The notes below the pieces were generated by a model. That model worked only from the letters and a program-made list of their open reading frames with translations, made no database searches and was not told the DNA's origin. A program made the position numbers and the translations under genes. This document shows positions 41,220 to 51,669 of a DNA stretch of 64,000 nucleotides, in pieces. The DNA is taken from assembly GCA_049840735.1 (NCBI GenBank), contig JASGJN010000022.1, positions 1-64,000 on the forward strand, read 5' to 3'. Source of the stretch: Anaeromyxobacter sp. GTDB lineage: Bacteria; Myxococcota; Myxococcia; Myxococcales; Anaeromyxobacteraceae. Within the stretch, counting starts at the first letter, position 1. The number at the start of each line of letters is the position of its first letter.

Positions 41220-42383
41220 TCAGTACATCGGCACCGACGGATCCACGTCCTCGCTCCAGCGCTGGATGCCGCCGGCCAGGTTCCAGACCTTGCCGAACCC
41301 GGCCGCCTGGAGCTGCCGCACCGCCCGCGCGCTGCGCACGCCGGCGTGGCAGTAGACCACCAGCTCGCGGCCGGGGTGGAGCGAGGCGATGGCCTCGGGG
41401 AAGGTGGAGAGCGGCAAGAGCCGCGCCCCCTCGATGCGGGCCAGGTCCCACTCGTCCGGCTCGCGCACGTCGACGAGGTCCAGGTCGTCGTGGCGCTCCA
41501 GCCGCGCGGCCAGCTCGGTGGGCGTGAGCGTGGGGATGGTGCTGCCCGCGGCCGGGACGGCGTCGCCGCAGAGCTGCGGGTAGTCGGCCAGGGCGGTGAG
41601 CTTCTCCGCCCCGCAGGCCGGGCAGCGCGGGTTCTTGCGCACCTGCAGCGTGCGGAAGGACATGCCCAGCGCGTCCACCAGCAGGAGCCGCCCCACCAGC
41701 GGCTCGCCGGCGCCCAGGACGAGCTTCACCGCCTCGGTGGCCTGCACCGTGCCCAAGAGCCCGGGCAGCACGCCCAGCACGCCGCCCTCGGCGCAGGACG
41801 GCACCGCGCCGGGGGGCGGCGGGGTCGGGTAGAGGCAGCGGTAGCAGGGGCCCCCGGGCGCGCAGAACACCGAGGCCTGCCCCTCGAAGCGGAAGATGGA
41901 GGCGTGGACGTTGGGCCGGCCGGTGAGCAGGCAGGCGTCGTTCACCAGGTAGCGGGTGGCGAAGTTGTCCGCCCCGTCCACCACCAGGTCGTAGCCGCGG
42001 AAGAGCTCCAGCGCGTTGTCGCGGGTGAGCGCCACGTCGTGCGGGATCACGTCCACGTGCGGGTTCACGTCCCGCAGCCGGTCGCGCGCCGACTCGACCT
42101 TCTTGCGCCCCAGGTCGCGCGTCCCGTGCAGCACCTGGCGCTGCAGGTTGGTCAGGTCCACCACGTCGAAGTCGACCACGCCCAGCGTGCCCACGCCGGC
42201 CGCGGCCAGGTAGAGCGCCGCCGGCGAGCCCAGCCCGCCCGCGCCCACCAGCAGCACGCGCGCGGCCTTGAGCCGCCGCTGCCCCTCCACGCCCACGTCC
42301 GGGATGGAGAGGTGGCGCGCGTAGCGCTGCGCCTCGTCGCGAGAGAGCGGCGGCAGCGTCCCCGGAGGTCCACCGATGGCCAT
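41220..42383 (-). CDS. moeB: MoeB/MoeZ adenylyltransferase with C-terminal rhodanese
   Basis: RYARH, GAGGLGS, NLQRQ, CYRC, CAEGGVLG, CPAC, DVRE, YCHAGVRS. Confidence 0.92.
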   Translation of the reverse strand: MAIGGPPGTLPPLSRDEAQRYARHLSIPDVGVEGQRRLKAARVLLVGAGGLGSPAALYLAAAGVGTLGVVDFDVVDLTNLQRQVLHGTRDLGRKKVESARDRLRDVNPHVDVIPHDVALTRDNALELFRGYDLVVDGADNFATRYLVNDACLLTGRPNVHASIFRFEGQASVFCAPGGPCYRCLYPTPPPPGAVPSCAEGGVLGVLPGLLGTVQATEAVKLVLGAGEPLVGRLLLVDALGMSFRTLQVRKNPRCPACGAEKLTALADYPQLCGDAVPAAGSTIPTLTPTELAARLERHDDLDLVDVREPDEWDLARIEGARLLPLSTFPEAIASLHPGRELVVYCHAGVRSARAVRQLQAAGFGKVWNLAGGIQRWSEDVDPSVPMY

Positions 42384-42386
42384 GCC

Positions 42387-42663
42387 CTAGCCTCCCGCCA
42401 GCGCCGGCACGACCACCAGCTCGGCGCCGTCCCGCGCCGCGGTTCTCGAGCCCCTGCTGGAAGCGGACGTCCTCGCCGTCCAGGTAGAAGAGCACGTATG
42501 GCAGGGGCTGGCCGTCGGGCGCGCGCAGCCGCGGGGCCAGCTCCGGGAAGCGCGCAGTCAGGACGGTGAGCGCCTCACCCACGGTGGCGGCGGCCACGCG
42601 GTGCGCGGCCTGACCCCCGGCGGCGCGGGCGAGCAGCGAGGGGAGGCGGACGGTGACCGGCAT
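42387..42663 (-). CDS. moaD: MoaD/ThiS sulfur carrier (one frameshift)
   Basis: MPVTVRLPSLL...GEDVRF; ends VPALAGG*. Confidence 0.8.
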
Positions 42664-42722
42664 GCCCGTTTCCTAGCACGGCTGGCCGGGCGGCGCCCTT
42701 CGAGTTCGCCTGCCCTGGAGAC

Positions 42723-44192
42723 CTAGCCGCCGCCGCGCCGTGCCGCGCGCTCCGCCCGCGCCCGCCGCCGCTCCAGCCAGCGCAGCGCCGCCGCCGCAGC
42801 GTGCGCCCCGCACATGCCGTGGACCCCACCGCCGGGCGGCGTCGAGGCGGAGCAGAGGAACAGCCCTGGCACCGGCGTGGTCCAGGGCGAGACGCTGGGC
42901 ACCGGGCGGGCCAGGAGCTGGCGCAGGCTGTTCTCGCCCCCGCCCACGTCGCCGCCCACCAGGTTGGGATCGTCCGCCTCCAGCGCCGCCGGCCCGCGCG
43001 CGGCCCGCGCCAGGATCAGGTCGCGGAAGCCGGGCGCGAACCGCTCCACCTGCGCCTCCACCTTGGCGGTGACGTCGCCGGCGTAGCCGTGCGGCACGTG
43101 GGCGTAGGCCCAGGCCACGTGCCGGCCGGGCGGCGCGCGCGACGGGTCGAACAGCGTGGGCTGCGCCAGCAGCACCACCGGCCGCTCCGGCATGTCGCCG
43201 CGCGCCACCGCCGCCTCGGCCGCCGCCAGCTCCTCCAGCGTGCCGCCCAGGTGGACGGTGCCGGCCAGCGCGCACTCCTTGGCGCGCCAGGGGATGGGGC
43301 CGGAGAGCGCCCAGTCCAGCTTGAAGGCACCCGGCCCGTACCGGAACGCGCGCAGCCGGCGCGCGTAGCGGGCCGGCAGCCGCGCCCCGGCCACCGCCAG
43401 CACCTGGCGCGGCGCCAGGTCGAGCAGCGTGGCGCCGCCGCCGGGGAGCTCGTCCAGCGAGCGCACCTCCACGCCGGCGCGCACCGCGCCGCCCGCCTCC
43501 GCCAGCAGCGCCACCAGCGCGTCGGTGATCCGCCCCGCGCCGCCCTGCGGGAAGGGCCAGCCCACCGCGTGGCCGGCGGCGGCCAGGACCAGGCCGAAGG
43601 AGGCCGAGCCCCTGGCCTCCAGCGGCCGGAGCGCGTGGGCGGCGATGCCGGCGAAGAGCGCCTGCGCCCGCGGTCCGCGGAAGCGGCCGCGGGCCAGCCC
43701 GGCCGCCGAGGCCAGCGCCGGCAGGCCGAAGCGCGCCAGCAGGAGCGGGCGGCGCGGCCAGTGGAGCAGCGCGCCCAGCGTCTCGTCCAGGAGCTCGTCG
43801 AAGGCCAGCGCCAGCGGCCCCAGCAGCGCCGTCCAGGCGCGGCCGTCCGCTCCCAGGCCCGCGGCCGTCTCCGCCAGCGAGGGCACGAGCAGCGCGGCCG
43901 TGCCGTCGTCGAAGGGGTGGGCCAGCGCCGCCGGCGGCTCCATCCAGCGCAGGCCGTGGGCCGCCAGCGGCAGGCGCCGGAAGAGCGGCGAGGCCACCGC
44001 CAGCGGGTGGACCGCCGAGCAGTGGTCGTGCAGGAACCCGGGCAGCGTGAGCGGCAGCGTCCGCGCCCCGCCGCCCGGCTCGGCCGCGCGCTCCAGCACC
44101 TCGACCCGCACCCCGGCCTGCGCCAGCACCAGCGCCGCCGAGAGGCCGTTCGGTCCGGCGCCGACGACCGTGGCGGAAGGGGTGGGCACCAC
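42723..44192 (-). CDS. Phytoene-dehydrogenase-like NAD(P)/FAD oxidoreductase
   Basis: VVGAGPNGL, HDHCSAVHP, STPPGGGVHGMCG. Confidence 0.9.
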   Translation of the reverse strand: MVPTPSATVVGAGPNGLSAALVLAQAGVRVEVLERAAEPGGGARTLPLTLPGFLHDHCSAVHPLAVASPLFRRLPLAAHGLRWMEPPAALAHPFDDGTAALLVPSLAETAAGLGADGRAWTALLGPLALAFDELLDETLGALLHWPRRPLLLARFGLPALASAAGLARGRFRGPRAQALFAGIAAHALRPLEARGSASFGLVLAAAGHAVGWPFPQGGAGRITDALVALLAEAGGAVRAGVEVRSLDELPGGGATLLDLAPRQVLAVAGARLPARYARRLRAFRYGPGAFKLDWALSGPIPWRAKECALAGTVHLGGTLEELAAAEAAVARGDMPERPVVLLAQPTLFDPSRAPPGRHVAWAYAHVPHGYAGDVTAKVEAQVERFAPGFRDLILARAARGPAALEADDPNLVGGDVGGGENSLRQLLARPVPSVSPWTTPVPGLFLCSASTPPGGGVHGMCGAHAAAAALRWLERRRARAERAARRGGG

Positions 44193-44354
44193 GTACCTCT
44201 AGCCGCGCTGCAACTCCGTCGCAGCCGCTTTGGGCGCGACCCAGGGAGCAACCCCGGGAGAACCTCCCGCGCCTGGCCGCCGCGCTCCGGGTGGGCCAAC
44301 CGCGCGTCGCGCGCGGACTGGCCGAGGTTGCACCTTTCGTGTACGCACGAGGGC

Positions 44355-47060
44355 ATGCCCACGCGCCTCGTCGCCCTGGCCCTCGCGGCCCTGCTCCCTT
44401 CCTCCGCGCTCGCCGTCACGTACAAGCCGCAGGGGAAGCCGGTCCCGTACCAGGGCTTCCACGCCCAGTTCCCCTCCGGGATGCAGCTGGTGGTCTACGA
44501 GATGCCGTCGGTGGACCGCTTCACCGTCACCCTCTCCTACGGCTCCGGCCAGATGCACGACCCGGCCGGAAAGGAAGGGCTGGCCCACCTCGCCGAGCAC
44601 CTGGCGTTCCGGAGCATCCCGTCCTGGACCGGCAGCGTGAGCGCCTGGGATTGGCTCACCCGCGGCGGCTACCAGTTCAACGCGTTCACCGACCAGGACC
44701 GGACCGACTACTGGATCAAGGGCAAGCCCGCCGAGCTCCGCCTGGCCCTGCTCCTCGAGGCGGCGCGGATGCGCGACCCGCTGGCCGGCGTCACCGAGGA
44801 CGACGTGTCCATCGAGCGCGACGTATTGGTGAGCGAGTACCGCCAGCGCTTCGAGACCGTCGATCACGGTCCGGAGGTGGACTGGGTGCTGGAGCAGGCC
44901 TTCCCCGGCCACCCCTTCGGCAAGGCGCACGAGGCGCCGGAGACCGTTCGCGGCCTGACGCTGGCCGACGCGGCCGCCTTCACGAAGCAGCACTACCGGC
45001 CGGAGAACGCCATCCTGGTGGTGATCTCGCCGCGCAAGGCCAAGGAGGTGGCGGCGCTGGTGACCGACGTCTTCGGCGAGCTGGCCGTCCCGAAGGAGGG
45101 CGCGCCCCGGCAGCCGCTGACGCCGGCCTTCGCGCCGCTGCCCGCGGCCAAGGAGCGGAAGCCGGTCACCCGCACCGCCCCGGTGACCTCGCCGGTGGTC
45201 TGGGTGGCGTGGCCCACGCCGGGCGCGACCGCCAAGCGCGATCCGCAGGGGCACGCGGTGGCCGACGCCGTGGGCGGGCGGTTCATCCATGACCTGTACG
45301 AGGCCTACAACTACACGGCGTCGAACATGATCGCCGGGTACGAGAACGGCTTCTACTCCTGGAACGGCGCCGGGATGGTCTGGGTGCGCGTGCAGCTCGG
45401 GCCAGGCGGTAACGTGGACAAGGTGGTGGAGGCCATCAAGACGGCCGCGTTCGAGGTCCGCACCGCCAACACCTCCGAGGCCGCGCGCTACACCCGCGAC
45501 GACCTGCTGATGAAGAGCTACCTGTCGCTGGAGAGCATCGACGGGTCGGCGGTGGCCAAGTTCCTGCGGGCCACCGGCATGCCGGACTACCTGCAGGCGT
45601 GGCAGCGCATGGTGGCGCTGCAGCTCAAGACCGACGCCAGCAACTACGCGGCGGAGTACCTGACCCGCGAGCGCGCCGCGGTGGTGGTGATCAAGCCGGA
45701 CCAGAACGCGCTGGCCCGGTCCCTGGTGGCGGGAGGCGGGCCTCGCGAGGACCTGGGCGAGGCGGGGGAGGTGACCGGCGTGGCCTCGCTGGTCCCGCCG
45801 GTGGCGCCAGGGCTGGGCAAGGCCGAGCGGCGGACGCTCGCCAACGGCCTCGAGGTGGTGGTGATCCAGCGGGGCTCGCTGCCGGTGGCGGAGCTCCGGC
45901 TGCTGGTGCGCACGGGCGTCACCGGCACGCCGCAGGCGCCGGCCGGCATCGCCGAGGTGGCGCTCGGCTCCAACGTGGCCAAGTTCGCGGCCCGCGGCCA
46001 GTGGCTCACGGCCAGCCAGGAGACCACGACCAGGGGTCCGGAGGAGGTGATCCGGATCGTGCGGGGATCCAGCGCCAACCTCGACGCCCTGCTCACGGGC
46101 ATCGGCAGCTGGGCCGGCGACCAGCAGGCGCGCTACTTCGATCAGATGAAGGAGACGCAGCGGGGCATCGTGAGCACGCTGGAGCGCGAGCCCACCTGGC
46201 GGGCCGGCACCCTGCTCCGGGCCGCGCTCTACCCGGGGCACGCCTACGGCCAGCAGCTGAGCCTGGCCTCCATCTCCAAGATCTCGGCCGGCGACGCCGA
46301 CCGCTGGCTCTCCACCGAGATCCGGCCGGACCGCGCCACGCTGCTGCTGGTGAGCGATCAGGCGCCCACGCCGGAGCTGTGGAAGGCCATCGAGGAGGCC
46401 ATGGGCGGGTGGCACAAGGGCGGCACCCCGCGGCCGGCCACGCCGGCGCCCGCGCTCCCCGCCGGCCGGATGGTGGTGCTGCTGGACCGGCCCGGCGCCA
46501 GCCAGGCGCTGTTCTACCTGGGCGTCCGCGCCCCACCGCCGCGCGAGCGGGACGAGGCCGCCGGCGCCGCCCTGCGCTGGACCCTCGACACCCGGCTCAA
46601 CACGCGGCTGCGCGTCGAGGAGGGCGTCTCCTACGGCTTCCACAGCGCCTGGGAGGACCTGCCCTCGGCAGGGGCCCTGGTGATCGCGCTGGCGGTGGAC
46701 CGGGACGCGGCGGCCACCTCGCTCACGACCATCCTCGACGCCACCAGGGACCTGGCGGCGAAGCCGCTGGAGCTGCCGCAGCTGGCGGCCGCGCGCCACG
46801 TGGTGGCCCGCGAGTACGCGTTCCGCTACGACACCGTCGGCGGCGTCTCCGAGGCCCTCACCGACGCGGCCCGGTACGGCCGGGCGCCCGGCTACGAGGA
46901 CGACCTGGCGGCCTCGATCGCAGGGCTCACCGCCGAGCGCGTCCAGGCCACCGCCGGCACGCTGGCGCTGGGCAAGGAGGCCATCGTGGTGATGGGTGAC
47001 GCCGCCACCGTCCGCCCGCAGCTGGAGAAGGCCGGGTTCACGGTCGAGGTGGTGAAGTAG
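44355..47060 (+). CDS. Exported M16 (insulinase/pitrilysin) zinc peptidase
   Basis: Signal peptide, GLAHLAEH (HxxEH), NAFT, second half LANGL...LRVEEGVSYG. Confidence 0.9.
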   Translation: MPTRLVALALAALLPSSALAVTYKPQGKPVPYQGFHAQFPSGMQLVVYEMPSVDRFTVTLSYGSGQMHDPAGKEGLAHLAEHLAFRSIPSWTGSVSAWDWLTRGGYQFNAFTDQDRTDYWIKGKPAELRLALLLEAARMRDPLAGVTEDDVSIERDVLVSEYRQRFETVDHGPEVDWVLEQAFPGHPFGKAHEAPETVRGLTLADAAAFTKQHYRPENAILVVISPRKAKEVAALVTDVFGELAVPKEGAPRQPLTPAFAPLPAAKERKPVTRTAPVTSPVVWVAWPTPGATAKRDPQGHAVADAVGGRFIHDLYEAYNYTASNMIAGYENGFYSWNGAGMVWVRVQLGPGGNVDKVVEAIKTAAFEVRTANTSEAARYTRDDLLMKSYLSLESIDGSAVAKFLRATGMPDYLQAWQRMVALQLKTDASNYAAEYLTRERAAVVVIKPDQNALARSLVAGGGPREDLGEAGEVTGVASLVPPVAPGLGKAERRTLANGLEVVVIQRGSLPVAELRLLVRTGVTGTPQAPAGIAEVALGSNVAKFAARGQWLTASQETTTRGPEEVIRIVRGSSANLDALLTGIGSWAGDQQARYFDQMKETQRGIVSTLEREPTWRAGTLLRAALYPGHAYGQQLSLASISKISAGDADRWLSTEIRPDRATLLLVSDQAPTPELWKAIEEAMGGWHKGGTPRPATPAPALPAGRMVVLLDRPGASQALFYLGVRAPPPRERDEAAGAALRWTLDTRLNTRLRVEEGVSYGFHSAWEDLPSAGALVIALAVDRDAAATSLTTILDATRDLAAKPLELPQLAAARHVVAREYAFRYDTVGGVSEALTDAARYGRAPGYEDDLAASIAGLTAERVQATAGTLALGKEAIVVMGDAATVRPQLEKAGFTVEVVK

Positions 47061-47160
47061 CGAAACCGGCCCGGCCCTCGACGGGCGCGGGCCGGGCCTC
47101 GAGGCTGCCGCGCAGCCCGGGACGGTCCCCACCGCCCCGGGCCGCGCGTCCTCCCCCCGC

Positions 47161-49590
47161 TCACCAGAAGTGCACGCGCACCCGGTAGGTGCCGCTGGGC
47201 GCGCCGGCCGCGCGGGCCGGGCTGCGGAAGCCGGCCAGGGCCTTCTCCACCTCGGCCCGCAGGCCCGCGGCCCCCTCCAGCAGCTCCACCTTGACCGCGC
47301 CGCTCGCGTCGATCGTGAGCCGGAGCACCAGCTCGGCGTGGCCGGGGTGGCGGGCCGCCACCGGCGCCAGCGCACGGGTCAGGGCCAGCGCCAGCGCGCC
47401 CGGATCATCGAGGTGGGCCGCCTGGACACCGCTGAGGTGCACCGGCGGCGCGGGCTTGCTGGCCTTGGCGTCCGCCTTGTCCTGGGCCAGGGGCTCGGCG
47501 GCCACGGCGGCCTCCTTCGCGACCATCGGCGCGGGGGGCGGCGACGCCGCAGGCGCCATCGGCATGGGCGCACCGCGCCGGTACGCCAGGCCGAGGTAGC
47601 CGTTGACGGACCCGGCGCCCCCGACGGCCCGGTCGGACACGCCGTCCGGCAGCGGCAGCGGCTGCTTCACCTGCTCGCCGGCGCCACCCTTGTTGACCAC
47701 CTCCGAGTCCACCGCCACGAACGAGGTGAGCGGCGTGAGCAGCCGGTAGGTGAGCCCCAGCGACGTGACCGCCTCGTCGAGCTCATGCGACGCCCCCATG
47801 GCGCGCTCGTCCTGGAGCAGGTCCACCCAGCGGCGCGCCCAGAGCACCCGCAGCGGCGCGTTCTCCGCCGTCGCCGCGGCGGCGCCCAGGTCAACCTCCT
47901 GCCGGAAGGGGCCGCGCGCCGACTGCGCCTCCACCACGATCTTGCCGCGCGGCGCGCCGCGGTAGCGGCCCAGCAGCACCACCGGCCGCTCCGCCAGCAG
48001 GTCAGGCAGCGCGCCGGGCAGCACGTCGGAGACCTCCACCCCCTCCGGATGCCAGCGGAGCTGCGAGAGGACCGGCGCGGAGATGATCCGCTCCAGCCGC
48101 TCGGCGGCGGCGCGGGCGCCCTGGGGCGAGGTGACCACGGTGGCCTCGCCCTGGCCGGCCCGCGCCAGCCCCTCGATGAGGGCGCGATTGACCGAGGAGC
48201 CGATGCCGAAGGCGAAGCAGCTGGCCTCGCCCAGCCGCTCGCGCACGCGGCGGAAGGCCTGGGCCTCCACCATCACGTAGCCGTCGGTCACCACCACGAT
48301 GGAGCGGGCGATGCGGCGGTCGGCGCGCGGCAGCGCGTAGGCGGTGTCGAGCGCCTGCAAGAGCTCGGTCCCGCCGCCGCCCTCCTGGCGCCGGAACGCG
48401 TCCAGCGCGCGCCGCACGTTCTCCGGCGTGGCCGCCAGCGAGGCCGCGGGCGAGAGCACCCAGGAGCCGCCGGAGAAGAAGACCAGGTTGAACCGGTCGG
48501 TCGGGCGCAGCCGCGGGAGCAGGTCCTCCATCAGCGCGCGGGCGGTGTCGAGCGGGAAGCCGTGCATGGAGCCGGAGACGTCCAACACGAAGACGTACTC
48601 GCGCGGCGGGAGCTGGTCCGGCGCCACGCGCGCCGGCGGCTCCACCGTGGCCATGAACCAGCCGCCCTCGCCGCCCGGATCCGGGAACACCAGCCCCCCG
48701 GCCTCGACCGCGTCGCCGGAGAGCCGCCAGCGCAGGATCACGTCGCGGTCGCCGCCGCCCGGGCCGCGCAGCGCCACGTCGGCGCTGCGGGGGCCGCGCC
48801 AGGTCACGTCCACCGGGTGCGAGGGGGAGGCGAGGTCGCGCATGGGGAGGGCCGAGGCGAGGTGGGCGGCGAAGCCGAAGCCGTAGGGCGCGGGCTCGCC
48901 CTGGTGCAGCGTGGGGTTGGCGGCCCAGCCGTCGCCCGGGCCGGCGCCGCCGGCGTACCGCGGCCCGACCACCGCCGGGTAGACCAGCTCGTAGATGCCC
49001 TGCTCCGGCACCAGCAGCTCGGAGTACTCCAGCACCGCCACCAGCCGGTCGCCGGGCATGACGTTGGCGACGTGCATGGTGAAGACGTTGGGCCGCTCCT
49101 CGTCCAGCAGCGCGGTCCGCTTCCCCTCGGCCTTGGCGGCCTCGTAGGTGGCGCGGGCCTCGGCGCGGCGCTGGATCACCGCCTCGACGACGCGCGCGCC
49201 GATCTCGAGCCGCATGCCGTGGACGGCGGCGCGGGTGGAGGCGGGGAAGACGTAGATGGCCTCGATGGGCTTCGCGCCGCGGTTGCGGAACACCTGGCGC
49301 ACGGTGACCCGGGCGATGGGGCCGGCCACGGTCACGTCGGCCCGGGTCTCCTCCAGCGGCAGCCGCTCGGCCTCGCCGCTCCCCTCACCCGCCACCACGA
49401 AGCAGGGCGCGCTGGAGTGGGCTGGCCCCTCGCCGCCCGGCGCCGGCTGGTAGACGCCCCCCGGCCGCGCCTCGGCGTGGCGCAGCACCTCGCGCAGCGG
49501 CGGGGCCTTGGGCGCGGGAGCGGATCCGGCCTGCGCCGACGGCAGGAATGCCAGGCTGAGAAGTCCCAGGAACAACGCTCGACGGGTCAT
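47161..49590 (-). CDS. Exported VIT + vWA domain protein with Pro/Ala linker and small C-terminal domain
   Basis: Signal peptide, VIT (EAIYVFP), MIDAS VLDVSGSM, GGTE, VVTDG, GIGSSVNR. Confidence 0.9.
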   Translation of the reverse strand: MTRRALFLGLLSLAFLPSAQAGSAPAPKAPPLREVLRHAEARPGGVYQPAPGGEGPAHSSAPCFVVAGEGSGEAERLPLEETRADVTVAGPIARVTVRQVFRNRGAKPIEAIYVFPASTRAAVHGMRLEIGARVVEAVIQRRAEARATYEAAKAEGKRTALLDEERPNVFTMHVANVMPGDRLVAVLEYSELLVPEQGIYELVYPAVVGPRYAGGAGPGDGWAANPTLHQGEPAPYGFGFAAHLASALPMRDLASPSHPVDVTWRGPRSADVALRGPGGGDRDVILRWRLSGDAVEAGGLVFPDPGGEGGWFMATVEPPARVAPDQLPPREYVFVLDVSGSMHGFPLDTARALMEDLLPRLRPTDRFNLVFFSGGSWVLSPAASLAATPENVRRALDAFRRQEGGGGTELLQALDTAYALPRADRRIARSIVVVTDGYVMVEAQAFRRVRERLGEASCFAFGIGSSVNRALIEGLARAGQGEATVVTSPQGARAAAERLERIISAPVLSQLRWHPEGVEVSDVLPGALPDLLAERPVVLLGRYRGAPRGKIVVEAQSARGPFRQEVDLGAAAATAENAPLRVLWARRWVDLLQDERAMGASHELDEAVTSLGLTYRLLTPLTSFVAVDSEVVNKGGAGEQVKQPLPLPDGVSDRAVGGAGSVNGYLGLAYRRGAPMPMAPAASPPPAPMVAKEAAVAAEPLAQDKADAKASKPAPPVHLSGVQAAHLDDPGALALALTRALAPVAARHPGHAELVLRLTIDASGAVKVELLEGAAGLRAEVEKALAGFRSPARAAGAPSGTYRVRVHFW

Positions 49591-49635
49591 GCGGCCTCCG
49601 GGCGGGCCGAAAGGGGCCGCGCCGTACGCTTCCTT

Positions 49636-49721
49636 GAACGAGCGGAGGCCCATTCCGATCTAGACTGCGCGCGCCGGGCCCCCGGGCGCGGCGAGAGATC
49701 CATTCCCCGCCCCGCGCGTTC
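49636..49721. promoter_or_regulatory. Back-to-back putative ECF promoters AGATC-N16-CGTTC
   Basis: Minus strand 49661-49636 toward the vWA gene; plus strand 49696-49721 toward the sigma gene. Confidence 0.65.
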
Positions 49722-49750
49722 CGCCTGCGGGGGCACCGAGAGACCGGACC

Positions 49751-50347
49751 TTGGACGAGAGCGACGAGAGGCTGATGCTCCGGTTCCAGGGCGGTGATGC
49801 CCGGGCCTTCGAGGTGCTCGTGCGCCGTCACCGGACGCCCGTCTTCTCCTTCCTGCTGCGGCTCACGGGCGACCGCGGGCGCGCCGAGGACCTGTGCCAG
49901 GAGGCCTTCCTGAAGGTGGTGAAGGCCTCCGGCAGCTGGGAGGAGCGGGCGCGGTTCACCACCTGGCTCTACTCGATCGCCCGCAACCTGGCGGTGGACG
50001 AGTCCCGGCGGCAGGCCTTCCGCCGGGCGGAGCCGCTGGACGGGCCGGGCGTCCGCGAGCGGCCGGACGAGGGCACCCCAGCGCCGGACCGGGCGGCCGA
50101 CGCCGCGCTGCTGCGGCCGCGGCTGGAGGCGGCGCTGGCGGCCATCCCGGAGGAGCAGCGGGAGGTGTTCCTGCTGCGGGAGCACGCCGGGCTGCGCTTC
50201 GGGGAGATCGCCGAGGTGACCGGCGTGGCCGAGGGGACGGTGAAGAGCCGCATGCGCTATGCGCTGGAGGCGCTGCGGGTGCAGCTCGAGGCCATGGGGG
50301 TGGGGCCGGATGGCGAGGCCGTCCCGCCCAGGAGCGCGGTGTCATGA
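49751..50347 (+). CDS. ECF RNA polymerase sigma factor
   Basis: AEDLCQEAF, FTTWLYSIARN, EIAEVTGVAEGTVKSRMRYA. Confidence 0.92.
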   Translation: MDESDERLMLRFQGGDARAFEVLVRRHRTPVFSFLLRLTGDRGRAEDLCQEAFLKVVKASGSWEERARFTTWLYSIARNLAVDESRRQAFRRAEPLDGPGVRERPDEGTPAPDRAADAALLRPRLEAALAAIPEEQREVFLLREHAGLRFGEIAEVTGVAEGTVKSRMRYALEALRVQLEAMGVGPDGEAVPPRSAVS

Positions 50348-51624
50348 GCCACGAGACCTTCCGCGAGCAGCTGCTCGACCTCGCCTACGGCGAGCTGCCC
50401 CGCCGCGCCGCCCGGGCGGTGGAGAAGCACGTGGCCGGCTGCGCCGAGTGCCGCGCCGAGCTGGAGCGGATGCGCGGCACGCGCAAGCTCATGTCCGGGC
50501 TGGGGCCGGTCCCGGCGCCACCGGAAGGCGAGGGCATCCTGCTGGCTGCGGCGCGCGAGGCGGCGCGCCAGCGGGTGCGGCCGGCGCCCATCCTGCCGGG
50601 CTGGCTCTGGGGCAGCGCGCTCGCCGCGGCGGGGCTGGCGGCGGTGGTGGCGCTCACCTACCGGACGCTGGACGAGCTCTCGCCCACCGTTCGCACGGAG
50701 CAGCTGCGCGCGCGCGAGCTTGCGGCCCCGCCGGCCCAGGACGACGCCGGCTCGCAGCAGCCGGCGGCGGCGGTGGCCGCAGAGCCGCTCCAGGACGCGC
50801 TTGCGGCGGATGTGGATCGCCACGCGGCGCCGCCGCCCCCTGCAGCGCCGCCGCCGAAGGCCCTGGCCAAGGGGGCACCGGCCCCGGCCCAGGCTGCGCC
50901 GGCCGCGCCGAAGCCGGCCAGGCCCGCGCCTCCGGCGCCGGTCGCGCAGGCGGCGCCGACGGAGGCGGAGGAGGACGTCGCGCAGGAGGCGCAGCTCTAC
51001 CACCGCGGTGCGGCCGAGAAGAAGGAGGCGCCCGCGCCGAGCGCGGACGCCAGCCCCATGGCCCGCTCTGCGGGCGGTGCGGTGGACAAGGCGGACAGGT
51101 ACGCTCCGCCGCCGCCCCCCGCCGTAGCCGAGGCGCCGGCTCCTGCCGCGGCCGCCAACGGCTCCGAGCTCCACGGCTACGTCGGGCTCCAGCCGGACGC
51201 GGAGCAGCGGCGCAGGGTCGCCAGCAAGCCCGCGCCTCCCGCCGCCGCAGCCGCCGCGCCGGCCGGGGCCGAGGATCCCATCGCCCGCCACGCGCGGCTG
51301 CGCGTGCTGGGGCGGCTGGTGGCGGACCACCGCACCTTCCCCGGCTGCGAGGGGGAGCAGGAGCGGATCGTGGAGCGCGAGCAGGGCGGCGCCACCGTCC
51401 GGCTGGTCCGCCGCGGGGCGGTCGGCGGCACCGCCTACGAGCTGGAGCTGTTCTACTCGGACGGCGGCGCCCTGGCGGCGGCGCGCTACCGCGAGGGCGC
51501 CGGGCCGGTGCGCGAGGTGCGGCTTTCGGGGGCGGCCTCCCCCGGCGCCGTGCCGCCCGAGCTGCTGGTGCCGCGGACGGCGGCCGAGGCCACGCTCGAC
51601 GCGCCGCCACGCTGCACTCGCTGA
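50344..51624 (+). CDS. Zinc-finger (zf-HC2) transmembrane anti-sigma factor with Pro/Ala-rich extracytoplasmic region
   Basis: ATGA coupling; HVAGCAEC (HxxxCxxC); one TM helix. Confidence 0.85.
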   Translation: MSHETFREQLLDLAYGELPRRAARAVEKHVAGCAECRAELERMRGTRKLMSGLGPVPAPPEGEGILLAAAREAARQRVRPAPILPGWLWGSALAAAGLAAVVALTYRTLDELSPTVRTEQLRARELAAPPAQDDAGSQQPAAAVAAEPLQDALAADVDRHAAPPPPAAPPPKALAKGAPAPAQAAPAAPKPARPAPPAPVAQAAPTEAEEDVAQEAQLYHRGAAEKKEAPAPSADASPMARSAGGAVDKADRYAPPPPPAVAEAPAPAAAANGSELHGYVGLQPDAEQRRRVASKPAPPAAAAAAPAGAEDPIARHARLRVLGRLVADHRTFPGCEGEQERIVEREQGGATVRLVRRGAVGGTAYELELFYSDGGALAAARYREGAGPVREVRLSGAASPGAVPPELLVPRTAAEATLDAPPRCTR

Positions 51625-51669
51625 GTGGCCGGGGCTGCCGGCGGCGCCGGGGCGAAGGACCTTGCGGGC

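Noticed and set aside
41220..42663. MoaD/MoeB as a ubiquitin-like defence system
   Set aside because: No E2, JAB or effector genes adjacent; matches an ordinary sulfur-carrier pair
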